From Octopus sinensis (taxonomy: Eukaryota): 64,000 nucleotides of DNA. The stretch spans positions 53,506,001-53,570,000 of the forward strand of contig NC_042997.1 in NCBI RefSeq assembly GCF_006345805.1, given 5' to 3'. The translations under genes and the position numbers were made by a program. The notes under the pieces are model-generated. The model did no database searches. It worked only from the letters and a program-made list of their open reading frames with translations, and was not told the DNA's origin. This document shows, one piece after another, positions 24,851-37,317 of the stretch; the stretch's first letter is position 1; every line of letters begins with the position of its first letter.

Positions 24851-26247
24851 AAATAAGAATATGTATATATATATATACTATTATAAGTACTTACAACAAA
24901 ACTTTTGAATTTTTTTAGTATATTTCAAATTAGTGCACCATAGTGTTTAAATCAAGAACAAAATCAAAACAGTTTTAATATATATTCAGTACATTACAAT
25001 TTATTAAATTTCCAAAAGAAGGGTGAGATTTTCTTTAAAAAACTAATATGTAATTTTTTTTCTTAGTTTAAAATTTACATTTAATTTAGATAATATTTTC
25101 CAGAATGTTTGATCACTCTAGCGCTTAAAGGTACACAAAAATATGTACTGCTTCTCTGCAATAGTCAGTATTTGATTTTAGAATAAACAGATTGACTATA
25201 GGTAGGTAGTTGTTATTAACAAGATACTGCAGGATTTTCTGTGCACAAGTTCCAGAGTTGAACTCGATTTTGTTTCACTAAATCATCATCATTAGTAATT
25301 GATTGTTTGCATGTCAGTTTTCGTTTATAATTGCTTATGTTATTCTATTCTACTTCATTGTTAATATTTATGGTTTGTTCTAATGATGACTGTGTCTTTG
25401 AGAGCTTATATTGTTTTACTGCTAGGTTAAATGTAAAATATTTGAGTCATCTGACATAATGCCAATGTTATAGTCAAAATTGTATATCACAATTTTTCGT
25501 AATCTAGTGTTTGTATCATAACAGTAGTTGCAGAATCAGCTTCAAATTTCAATCCATTTTGAGTTGAAGGTATTGAGGCCCACTACCACATTGTTATTTT
25601 CGTGTCCATTTTTCCATGATAGTATATTGTTGTTTAGACTCCAAATCAATTCCTCTCAAGGCGATCTATGATCAAAGTCATTCTAACCACGACCTTCCCC
25701 CATTTTTGTCAGACACTATGCTATCTGTTGTAATATTTTTATTATGGTAGAGTGTGATTTCAGAGTGCTATTTCTAGCAGCTAGATTAATTGCATAAAAA
25801 ACCACGTGAAATAGGTTCTCAATATAGAATCTCACTGCCTATACCAATTCAATGTTATCATGTCTATGAGGTTTAACTTTCTGATTTCTAATCTGAACTT
25901 TTAAGTATTCTTTGTCTTACTTCTCCATCATTAACTTTGGCTAATTTTTACCTATCATTAACTAATCATAGAAGATGATTCATATTGCGTCAAAATTTTG
26001 TTTTGTATGTATGTATATGTGTGTGTACATATATCTATGTATGTGTGTAAGTGTGTGTGAACACGCATATAATAAATCCTTTTAGAAGTAGATGAAGCTA
26101 TAGATAATAGCATGTTGAATACGGGTTAAAAATAATCCTTAGCTGGAAGAAGTTAAAGCCTTCAACTTTCTTCATTCAAGGTTTTTTTTTAAACCAAATA
26201 TTCTACATGCTATTATATTATTTATAGCTTTATCTACTTATGAGTTC

Positions 26248-26248
26248 C

Positions 26249-26280
<32 letters not shown>

Positions 26281-27590
26281 GTTTAATGTCCGTCTTCCAT
26301 GCTAGCATGGATTGAACGGTTCAACCGGGGCCTGGGAAGCCAGGAGGCTGCACCAGACTCCAGTCTGATCAGGCAGTGTTTCTACAGCTGGATGCCCTTC
26401 CTAATGCCAACCACTCTGTGAGTGTAGTGGGTACTTTTTATGTGCCAGGGAAGGCTGGCAATGGCCACGATTGGATGGTACTTTTTACATGCCACTGGCA
26501 TGGAAGCCAGTCAAGGTGGTGCTGGCATCGGCCACGTTCGGGTGGTGCTTTTTACGTGCCACCGGCACAGGTATCACAATTACAATTTCCATTTGATTTT
26601 TATTTTGATGTTGATGTACTTGACTCAATAGGTCTCCTCAAGCACAGCAGGTCGCCCTAGGATCCAAGGTAAGCACAGCAGGCCATCCTGTGATCCAAGA
26701 TACTTTGGGTGGACTGGGGCTGCTATGTGAAGCTAGCGCAGGAAACAGCCATGAACTCATGTTATTTGTCGGGTCTTCGCAGTCACAGCATATCTCCGGA
26801 GGTCTCGGTCTTTCGTCATTGCCTCTGTGAGGCCCAATGTTCGATGGTCATGCTTGACCACCTCATCCCATGTCTTCCTGGGTCTACCTCTACCCCAGAT
26901 TCCTTCAACTGTTTGGGAGTGGCACGTCTTCACACATCTCTCCTCATCCATCCATAGTACATGACCATACCAGCGCAAACGTCTCTCTTGCATGCCACAT
27001 CCGATGCTTTTTATGTCCAGTATTTCTCTCAGGGCATTTACACTCAGTTGTGTGTGCACACTGACAGCACACATCCAGCAGATCATGCTAGCTTCATTTC
27101 TTTCAAGCCTACGCATGTCCTCTGCAGTCACAGCCCATGTTTCACTGCTGTGAAGCATGGCAGTTTGCACATATGTGTCGTACAATCTACCTTTCACTCT
27201 GAGCGAAAGACACTTTGTTGCCATTAGGGGAAGAAGCTTTCTAAACTTTGCCCAGGCTATTCTTATTCTAGTGGTGACACTCCCTGAGCATCCGCCTCCA
27301 CTACTAACTTGGTCACCTAGGTAGAGGAAACTATCAACTACTTCTAGTTTCTTCCCCTGGAGTGTGATTGAATCTGTTTTCTGAGTACCTGTGGTATCTA
27401 TTGCCCTGTACATCTGCCACACATGAAAGCTATCTTCTCGGTTAATTTCCTTTTGATGTTGCTGCACCTCTTATGCATTCATAGCTTACACTGGGTACAT
27501 CTTATGGAGCTTCTACCTACACCTTTTCTACAGATCGAGCAGGGCTACCTACCTGAGTGGGTGTGTGATGAGTTCGCCTTCCTACTTCAA
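26248..27590 (-). mobile_element. 5'-truncated RTE LINE with a 236-codon open stretch, 3' UTR and (GAT)n tail
   Basis: ORF 26757-27467: LEVVDSFLYLGDQVSSGGGCS...MLHSSETWAVT...QERRLRWYGHVLWM...GRGRPRKTWDEVV. Upstream Cys-rich PCSICRKGVGRSSIRCTQCKLW. The UTR runs into the shared terminal module and (CAT)n on + at 26248-26280. Confidence 0.95.
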
Positions 27591-27712
27591 TTAAAAACAA
27601 TTTATTTCTTATCTCTTATCAGAAATATAAAGTAAATTGCATTCAACAATGGAACTATAAATTCTCATGACATAAACAGCATATATATAGATATATACAT
27701 ACATACATACAT

Positions 27713-27780
<68 letters not shown>

Positions 27781-27782
<2 letters not shown>

Positions 27783-28049
27783 ATATTATCAGCCACATAT
27801 ACATAACGTACATGGATCGTGCATTAGCCAGTAGGCTGCGATTTGGTGGTTGCTTTTTCAAAGTGCCAGGTGTCAAAGCACCTGAAAGTCATGGACTGTA
27901 TATTTATATATATATATATATATATCAATATTATCAGCCACATATACATAACGTACATGGATCGTGCATTAGCCAGTAGGCTGCGATTTGGTGGTTGCTT
28001 TTTCAAAGTGCCAGGTGTCAAAGCACCTGAAAGTCATGGACTGTATATT

Positions 28050-28075
<26 letters not shown>
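27781..28075. repeat. Perfect tandem duplication (period 145 bp) of a unique ~123-bp segment embedded in (TA)n
   Basis: caatattatcagccac...gaaagtcatggactgtatattta starts at 27781 and at 27926; no differences seen. Confidence 0.95.
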
Positions 28076-28085
<10 letters not shown>

Positions 28086-28091
28086 TATATT

Positions 28092-29356
28092 CAGGGTTTA
28101 GACAAAATAATGGAAACACCTTAAAATTTCAAACAAATTTATTTTGATATGGGGTAGGACTGCCTTTGGCAGTAATTACAGCTTGAATTCTATATGAGGT
28201 ATAGACTCATACAAAGTTTGAATTGTTTCCAAAGGAATTTTTATCCATTCTTCTGCTAAAACAGTCTCCAGTTCTTGTAGTGATGATGGTTGAGGATATC
28301 GACTCCTTACTTGTTTTTCTAAAATACACCATAAATGTTCAATATTATTTTTGAGTTCTGGGGACTGTGGTGGCCAGATAAGATGTTCAACTCGACCAGA
28401 ATGTCCCTCGTGTCATTCAGTTACAACTTTAGCTGTGTGAATTGGTGCATTATCATCCTGAAAGACTATGTTTCCCTCCGGAAACAGTTCCGCAACCATA
28501 GGATAAATTTGATCAGATAAAATGCTTAAACAGTTTTGACTATTAATTCTGCCATGATGGGAAACCATTGGACCGGCTGATTTCCAAGATATAGTCCCCC
28601 AGATCATCACAGATCCTCCTCCATGTTTATCAACTGGAAGAAGGCAGTCTAGGTCAAATGCTTGTTTTGGCTGTCTCCACACGTATACTTGGCAGGTGGT
28701 TGGAAATAGGATAAAGGATGAGCTGTCTGAGAAAATATCATTATTCCACTGCTCTAGAAACCAATTCTGTAGGTTTTTACTCCACTCTAAATGCTTTGCA
28801 ATGTTTGTTTTTAAGAGTAGTGGTTTTCTGATTGCAGCCCTACTGTGAAATCCAGTTTTGTGCAGCTCCCAGCGAGCAGTTTTTTGTGGAAACTGGGCTC
28901 ACAAAGTGGTCATTAAGCTCTGCAATAATTTTGGGAGCTGTACTTTTGTGATCCTTTCTAACAATTTGTATAAGAGTCCGATAGTTCCTCCCTGAAAGTT
29001 TTGGTTTTCTTCCAGAGTTTTATTTCGATGAGGAGGTTTTTCCCTGTTTCTCAAACGCTGTCATTACTTTCGAGTACTTCTTGATTTACCAAACATTTTA
29101 GCTGTTTTCATTACCCTAGCACCTGTCATACGAGCACCAACAATTTGACCTCTTTAAAAGTCTGATAGAGCTGTCATTTTACTGAGTTTTAATTACCTTT
29201 TTCTGATGATATCTGAAAAGAAACAGCAATTTTAGCTAAACATATTAAGCAACACTAATAATAAATAAAAAAAAACAAGCTTTTGATGGTTTTATAGATA
29301 TTTCAAAATGATGATGCTATGATGCTAGGTGTTTCCATTATTTTGTCCAACCCCTG
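28092..29356 (-). mobile_element. Full-length, mutated Tc1-family (DD34E-type) DNA transposon
   Basis: 30-bp TIRs cagggtttagacaaaataatggaaacacct (28092-28121) and its near reverse complement (29327-29356, 2 mismatches), followed by TA. Transposase starts at ATG 29177 (MTALSDF*RGQIVGAR) and includes KHGGGSVMIWG, FQDDNAPIHTAK, WPPQSPEL..IEHLW. Confidence 0.96.
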
Positions 29357-30679
29357 TATATATATATATGAATAAAATATTGATGTTGGCAGAATAAACT
29401 ACATTCAGCTCAGCAGACTCTTAAGGCAGGAAGTTTAGAGTAAACCAAGCATGAAGTTTCAATTTCTCACTGAAGCCATTTCACTTCTAACAGAACCATT
29501 TACTAATTACTTTTCAAAAATATATGAGTGTCATAACTTGCCATTTCTTTTCAAATAAAAGTCAAGGGCTTTGTGCTTGTGTAAGAAACCATTATAAGGC
29601 TGTAGCATTTTAAATGATATACGGTGGTTATTTTTTCTGTTTTCCCTTTCCTGCTTGTTTTAGATTTATACTTTATACTTTGGATATCCTGCATTAATGA
29701 CTGTTTGAACATGGACTGTCACCTGAATTTTATAAAAATGGTTTTATGTAGCTGAATTGTTTATTACTATAGCTCGAAGTTTATTCATGACTAGCTTATT
29801 GATATTTAAGCAATCAAAACTGATTTTCTTCTCTTATTACTTATGTCTTTCAGAAATATCTTGTATACACCTGAAATTTTCCTTATAAATACCTAATACA
29901 TCTAAATTATTGCAATTATAGACAATTATTTTATGGAAATATTTTATCAGTGCATTTTCTAAAATATAATTTTGAAATTGGGAAGGCTAGCATTAATTGC
30001 TTACTTCTAGAAAAGAAGACAAGACAATGTGTACGGTGTTGTAGAAAAAACAGTTGGCTGTGACAATATTCATTACTTTGGTAAGAGCTTGTTAAAGCTG
30101 AAAAGTAAATACTCTAAGCCAACATCAATTCTGACAAATGAATTCAATTAATCCAACATTAATTGATGTTTAATTCAATATCTTTCTTTGTATTACTTTG
30201 AACGCAAATGTTTTCAAAAATACAATTGGGATTAATGTATAAATAAAAAATTTTAATTTGATTTTTCAAAAATTAGATACCTTTATTTTTGATTTATTAA
30301 TTAGAGTATTTTTGTTCAGTTTGAAAAGTATTGAAACAACATATAGAATATTCCTGATAGTGTCAGGAATATTTACTTTATTCTTAATCATTATTTCAAA
30401 TTTACACACACATTCTTAATAATATTACAAAACTATATGATACCATCTACCATTAATACATTAATATTTAGAATGAAGGATGTTTTGAGTCCGTAGAATA
30501 TTTTTATATTCAATGTTTTATATTAGATAAAACATAGATATCGGAATACATGATGACTGCCTGTCTTGCTTCTTTAGAGATTGAAACTAGGCAAAAGTCA
30601 AGCATTTATCATATTTATATATTTTCCATTTGCCTCTTTGATCCATTGCATCACCAGCTTTTTAATCTCCCATTTAAAA

Positions 30680-30715
<36 letters not shown>

Positions 30716-33342
30716 TTCTGAAGAAAATGTAAGCAGTGTTTTTTATTATTTCTCTTTTACCATTGGCTGAAGTGAATTGGATAATACAGAAATGTTCACT
30801 CCATTAAGAAAATATCACACCTTTGTTTATTCATCAAAAAGATGGCTACCTTTCTTTCAGAGCAACTTTTGAAATATGGTCTAGTTGATGAGAATGATAG
30901 GCACATCACAAGGAATTATTTTTTGACATGCAGCAAGCTTCACTTAATCACACCAAAATATTTCAAAAAGCCTTTTGGTGTCTACCTAAATCAAGCTTAT
31001 TAATGGACTTTGACAATTTGAAACAAATCCTTGCGTTTTATCTTTGGTGAAATATTTAAAAACATTTTGCTTTCATAGAAATAGAGTTTAATAAAAAGAA
31101 ATAGTTATTCATTACATTACCTTTGGTCATTCACCACAAATCTTTCTTGACTTTTACTAATACATATCTCTGTGGATGTTGAGTTGGTTTCCGTACAATT
31201 TTAGTATCCATAATTCAGCTTAAGTCAGGAGTCATCCTGTTTGTACTGCGTTATTTTAACTATTATTATCTAACTTTTTCTTTGTTCATTTAGATAATTT
31301 TCTATTTATGCAATTCTGCAGCATTCTTATTTTAACACAAAAACTTCCCTGCCTGCTAAATTTTCCTTATATATCTATATTATTCGTGGAGCTGAAAGTA
31401 AAGTTAATTTATCAAATTCTTACACCAATAAACGAAAGATGATTATCAGCAACAATTGAAAATAGTTTATAACTGTGTGATACATCATAAATAGCAGAGA
31501 AGACATGTGTATCCTCTGAGATGACTTGATTCTACCAATGAACTTAACTATTTATTGTATTTTTCAAAAACATACTTAGGTTTAGTCCTATATACTTTTC
31601 CCTTTCTACAGTTCCCTACCTCAACCAATATTCATACAATGTGTAGCTAACAGAAGATTTCTTGTTCTTCCATTTTTAGTCCCCGAATTAATCTCCCCCT
31701 TTTTCAGCTCCAATTAATTATTAACATACCTATTTACAATTGGTTAGGTCCAAGTATCACCAGTTCACCCAGTGTCTACTCCAGTTCCACCACTGATGGG
31801 GCACCCTATAATTGCTACAAAATTGATTCCCAGAGTCTAAAAAGTGCGTCCCACCCCAAAGGTAAAATTTTTTTCCAATTTCCATTGCTAAATGCATCTA
31901 CTTACTGCTGATTACTTTGAAACATTAGTTATTAATATGTTTGAAAAAGGTGGAGAGAGTGAGGATAAAAGCATGTGGTATGATGTCTCTTGTCTTCACT
32001 CCTTTAGCCCAGACTCCCACCCCACCTTGTGTCTATCTATTGAAAGAAAAATAACATTAATTGATTGCTACAGCTTTTTGACTTTGTGTCATTTATTTCC
32101 CTTTGTTCATTCTTTTCTTAATCTAGTATCACTATTAATTTGGCTTCATTAATCTGCCTTAAATTATTCAAGTAATGCATTAGATACATTAAGCTTTGAA
32201 GTATGGTGATTCTTTATATATCACTAAAAAACTAATTTGCTTTTATTCTGCTTCCCTCTGTGAGCTAATTCTTTTAATTTTGCTTTTGAAACATATTTTT
32301 AATCAGGTGTAAAAAAAAACAAAACCCAAATTTAGATTTGTGTGACTTTAAAATACACAGCAGTGTCAGAAATACTTTCAGAATTATTTTGGTTAAAATA
32401 AGACAAAATACTTATATCTATGCAAGCATAATTTATTTATTAATAGATTTATCACTGAATAACTTTATTTTACTTTTAGTTAATGTGTATTTATGAGTGT
32501 GTTTGTGAGAGAGAAAGAGAAGGAGATAGTCAAAGAGAGAAAGAAAACTAGTGTGTGTAAATATGAAGTAATTGCATATATGCTGTATGTGTATACATGA
32601 ATATACTCTATTCGCCCTACACATCTATACATCATTTTTTTTTTCTGTACTCTTTCTTCAGTTGTACCTTTGGAAAGTTGGATTTCATTAAGAATTGTTG
32701 AAAATAGTTTTGATGTTTGAGTAAACTCAATTTAAGATTATACTTCAGTTCTTGTAAGAGTCTTTATAGAAACCCCATAATTACCAAAAAGTAGTGTCCT
32801 GACATATTTCTTGTTTAGGAATGGTCTCAGTTTGGAATGGATTGTTTATTTAACTATTTTTTGTGACTGTTTTAAGAAAGGAAATTCTAAAGATTCTAAT
32901 GAACTTATATTGGTATAAAATACAACAGCATCAGCCTATACGCATAATTAGCTCAACTACATTTGTACACTTACAGATCTTCAAACAAGTACATTAATAT
33001 TACCTTATATTCTCTTTAGAAATCAAGTTAAGCCAAAATTGCTTGCAACCTTATCATTTTACTTTTTAATTACTCTATTTTTTCCTTTCTATTTTCTTTT
33101 CTTTTCTTATTTTTTCTGTTATATTCATTTGCTATAAACTATTATTTTTACTTAGGTTTCTGTAAAAATTCTCACTATATCACTTTTTCTTTTATATTTT
33201 ATTTTCTGTTATTTAATCTGTTTTATTATTTTTTATCCCCCCACCACCGCTTCTTTTGTTTTGTTAATTCTTCTCTTTCTAATTTAACATTTTTATTTAT
33301 TTGTTTTTATATTCTACTGATAAATAAATATATTTCTTGTAG

Positions 33343-33369
33343 ACGCTTGGTCCCAATTTCAAATTCCAG
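33343..33369 (+). CDS. NR2C1/2: Candidate 27-nt alternatively spliced microexon of the NR2C gene
   Basis: ttcttgtAG|ACGCTTGGTCCCAATTTCAAATTCCAG|GTAAGT. Length is a multiple of 3, open in the phase-1 frame, and no AG dinucleotide occurs from 33156 to 33340. Confidence 0.6.
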
Positions 33370-35271
33370 GTAAGTTGATGTTTCGCAATTTTCCCAGTTA
33401 GGATTTATCTTTGGAAATGTGAAGCTGTCCAGTAGCACCGACATTAATAGTATTTTTAATAAAATAGCTCAAGATTATTCAACATTTGAAAATATTTGCA
33501 TAATAATAATAAACCTTGCTCAACAAGGCTGTTGATTATTTTTATATTCAAACTGATTCTTTTACTAAAAATGTGATGTAATTAACACATGATCCACTAC
33601 ACTTCCTAAAGACTAATTGTTCTTCATAATTATTCCAGTTCTTCCTCTCTGCATCTTATAAGTGTAATGTTAAGAAATAAGATTTTCTTACTTCTCTTGC
33701 TATTTTCTGCTGCAGTTTGGCAAGATTTCTTATCATAGTTGATTGCTTGGATATATTTTACACTTCTTATTCTTAATATATTATAAAGGAGATTTTATAT
33801 TTTCCTGTGTTTAACTATATCGAATAGATTTGTGGTTGGTCTCCTCTAAACACACACACACATGCACACTCATACACACACTTTCTTTCTCCATATATGT
33901 GTGTGTGTATTCTTATTTCCTTGTGTATTTTGTGTGTTTATTCTTGCATGCATATTAGATTACATTATTTGAGAGTCTTAAGGACTCTATCTTTTACATA
34001 GTGACACATTGAAAGTTGTATTGGAAAATGTGTGTGTTTGCGTATGTATATATGTATGTGTATTTGTGTGTATTTACATGCACATACACATGTGCACACA
34101 AATTCACCCATACACACTCATGCACATGCATGTGCACACAAACCATTTGTGCTTTGCTGAACCAAATGCTGGTGTGGTCATCTGGGTTATCCAAATAGAC
34201 TTCCTCTAACACAATTTGTTATCATTAGGTTTTGAGTTATAATTAAAAGTTGCTGCGTGGAATAATTTTAACTAAACCTTAACTTTGTTGGTTTTCTTAA
34301 AGAACTGCTCTGTATTTTTGCATGCTGAACAATTTCTAAATATCTCTATTAGCGGAAGTGAAATCTAAAGAGATGTTGTCTTTGTTTTATCATGAATGTG
34401 ACATGTCTGTGAATTAAAGATGTGAAAACTTCTCAAGAAATATCAGTTATAATCATGTAACAAAAATACAGCTGTGATTAAGAGATAGTGCTTTTAGTAG
34501 TTCCTAAATCCAGACAGTGTAAGTTCAGGTTTTAGGATTATCTTTTGCTCAAAATAACTGAGAAAAGAACAGTTATCTGATATTGAATGTGTCAGTGGAG
34601 TAGAATTTTTGAAGATTATACTAATGATAGGCTCTTGAATAAGAAAGCTTTTGGAAATTTCCTAGTTGTGAAAATAGTCTATTAATACTTGAGAATATAA
34701 TGTCTCATGTTTCAAGTTATTTAGCATCAACCCTGCTCTGATTGAACTGTCTTGTGATCAAAGAGGTTCCAGCTGTGGCCAAGCTGTCTTGCGATAAAGC
34801 ATATCCAGTTCTGTTGTTATATATTGAGTTCTATTTTTTTTAAAGATGCTTGGATGTGATTTTGAGGGAGATTTGACTGCTATTTCTTGTGAGTTCAGTA
34901 ACCATACAGAAGCCATATCATTGACTTGTGTGATTGAAGGTTGTTAATCAAAGAAAGTCTACATGAGTGGCACAGAATAAGTTACAACTGATAGCTAAGT
35001 TTTTTTTCATTTTGAAAATCTTGCAAACAGCTTTACATTTAATGGACTTACTGTGATCAAAACAGCTTTACATTTGCAAGTCTTGCAGTGATCAAAACAG
35101 CCTGCCATTTGCTGCAGATATCTGAAGTTGCATAACTTATCGAATATATACTTTATGTAAAATGATATTAAATACAGTATACAGTTTTGAAGCTGTGTGT
35201 GTGTGTGTGTTTTGTGAAGTAAACAGAAAAATAGATCTCAAAAGATGAGTATATACATACATATTACATAT

Positions 35272-35356
35272 ATGGGCAAGTGTCTTCTACTATAGCCTCG
35301 GGCCGAACAAAGCCTTCTGAGTGGATTTGGTAGACGGAAACTGAAAGAAGCCCATC

Positions 35357-35422
<66 letters not shown>

Positions 35423-35630
35423 ATATGTTTGTGTGTCTGTGTTTGTCTTCCCAACATCACTTGACAACCGATGCTGGTGTGTTTACGTCCCCATAACTTA
35501 GCAGTTTGGCAAAAGAGACCGATAGTATAAGTACTAGGCTTACAAATAATAAGTCCTGGGGTCGATTTGGTCAACTAAAGGTGCTGCTCCACCATGGATG
35601 CAGTCAAATGACTGAAACAAGTAAAAGCGT
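35272..35630 (+). mobile_element. SINE family A, 5'-truncated
   Basis: tgggcaagtgtcttctactatagcctcgggcc...(TA)n...gcagtcaaatgactgaaacaagtaaaag. Confidence 0.88.
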
Positions 35631-35763
35631 AAAGAGTGTGTATGTATATATATATATATGTATATATTGTTATTAATTGGCAAAAGTTACAGAATAATTC
35701 AAGTTTGGTTCATTCCATTGCATGAAACTCTCAGCCATTGAGTCATTCTGTAACTTCTGCTGA

Positions 35764-35828
<65 letters not shown>

Positions 35829-36300
35829 ATCATCATCATCATCATCATTTAGCGTCCGTTTTCCCTGCTAGCATGGGTTGGACGGTTCAACTGGGGTCTG
35901 GGGAGCCCGAAGGCTGCACCAGGCCAGTCAGATCTGGCAGTGTTTCTACAGCTGGATGCCCTTCCTAACGCCAACCACTCCGAGAGTGTAGTGGGTGATT
36001 TGATGTGCCACCGACACAGGTGCCAGACGAGGCTGGCGAACGGCCACGCTCCGATGGTGTTTTTATGTGCCACCGACACAGGTGGCAGACGGCCACGCTC
36101 GGATGGTGTTTTTATGTGCCACCGACACAGGTGCCAGATGAGGCTGGCGGACGGCCACGATCGGATGGTGTTTGTTACGTCCCCAAAGCACGGAGGCCAG
36201 TCTATGCGGTACTGGCTACGGCCACGTTCGGATGATTTTCTTGTGTGCCACCGGCACTGGTACCACAAAGATACAAATTCCATTGATGTTCATCTATTTT
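35829..36300 (-). mobile_element. Young RTE 3' module with 4-5 tandem ~50-65-bp subunits
   Basis: (CAT)n, then ttttccctgctagcatggg...gatgcccttcctaacgccaacc, then repeated gtgccaccgacacaggtg...cggatggtgttttt; CpG-rich. Confidence 0.88.
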
Positions 36301-37052
36301 GATTTGTTTTGATTTGATTTGATTTGATTTTGATTATATATATATATATATATACAAAATAGAATAAAGTGATCAGTCAACATGTGAAATCACACTGGAT
36401 CATACCTACAAAAAAAAATTATAGAAGTTTATATAAATATTACATTTTTTTGATAGTCATGATGAGGTGACTGGTGGTGGTAATTTTATTCAATGTTGCA
36501 TGGACTTTACACAGCTTCTATAATTTTTGTATGTATGATCCAACATATTGATTAACACAGCACTTCTACTCGTTATGGAAACAATCGTAACTGATGAATA
36601 AAGATGATACTGTCACCTTTATTCCTTTGATTAGTATATCATATTTTCTGTGATGGATGCACTACTTCAATAAATTGGAACTTTTCCTGGATTTTCACAC
36701 AAACACGCACACACTCTCTTGAAATACAAACAAAGTTTAGCAGCAAGAAAAGCATCTGATTGTAAAACAATGCCTCAGTAATATGTATTCTTCCAACCCG
36801 ACTGAATATACATGCATAATACATAAATGTGTGTGTGTTCACATATATAAGATTAATAAGGGTATATTAAAAACCATACAAGATAAAGTCTTGATTTTTA
36901 AAATTTATCTTGTATATATTTCTTCTTCATATTTGTTGTACTTGCCAATGGCCACGCTTAGTTTATTTCTCTGAGCACTTTTTTGTTTCATTTAAGCAAA
37001 TACCCAGGTCATAATTGTGTTCTGTCTGCTAGAATTAAGGTAGAGTAACAGC

Positions 37053-37093
37053 TGTGCTGCTGATGCCTACTGAGGCAGAAACATATGCCCACA
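37053..37093 (+). ncRNA. Degenerate minimal type-I hammerhead ribozyme fold (probably inactive)
   Basis: TGTG-CTGCTGA-TGCC-TACTGA-GGCA-GAAA-CATATG-CC-CACA: stems I, II and III in the correct order; the core differs from CUGANGA/GAAA/NUH at two positions. Confidence 0.55.
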
Positions 37094-37317
37094 CGTTTCT
37101 TTTGTCTTCAGACAATTGAACTGTATTAGTGGTATGTCAGTTTATGAGAATTTTTGATTCATTAGGTGATGCTCCCTTCTAAATTTGAGTTAGTTCCAAT
37201 TGGCATCAAGCAAAGAAAGGTTGACTGGGAAAATAGTTTTTGGGTGTGGCAGATGCACATGGGCAATAAACACTGAAGATGTACAGAAAACAGATTCTAT
37301 TACATCGTAAAAAAGCT

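Noticed and set aside
27855-27905. Hammerhead-like aggtg-tcaaag-cacct-GAAA-gtc-atg-gac
   Set aside because: No CUGANGA upstream and the cleavage triplet would end in G.
35849-36302. Overlapping 120-144-aa ORFs with repeated CHRHRCQ motifs
   Set aside because: Translations of the GC-rich tandem subunits of the RTE 3' module.
36575-36605. GAAAC-aatc-GTA-a-CTGATGA hammerhead-like words
   Set aside because: No stem I and no stem II pairing.
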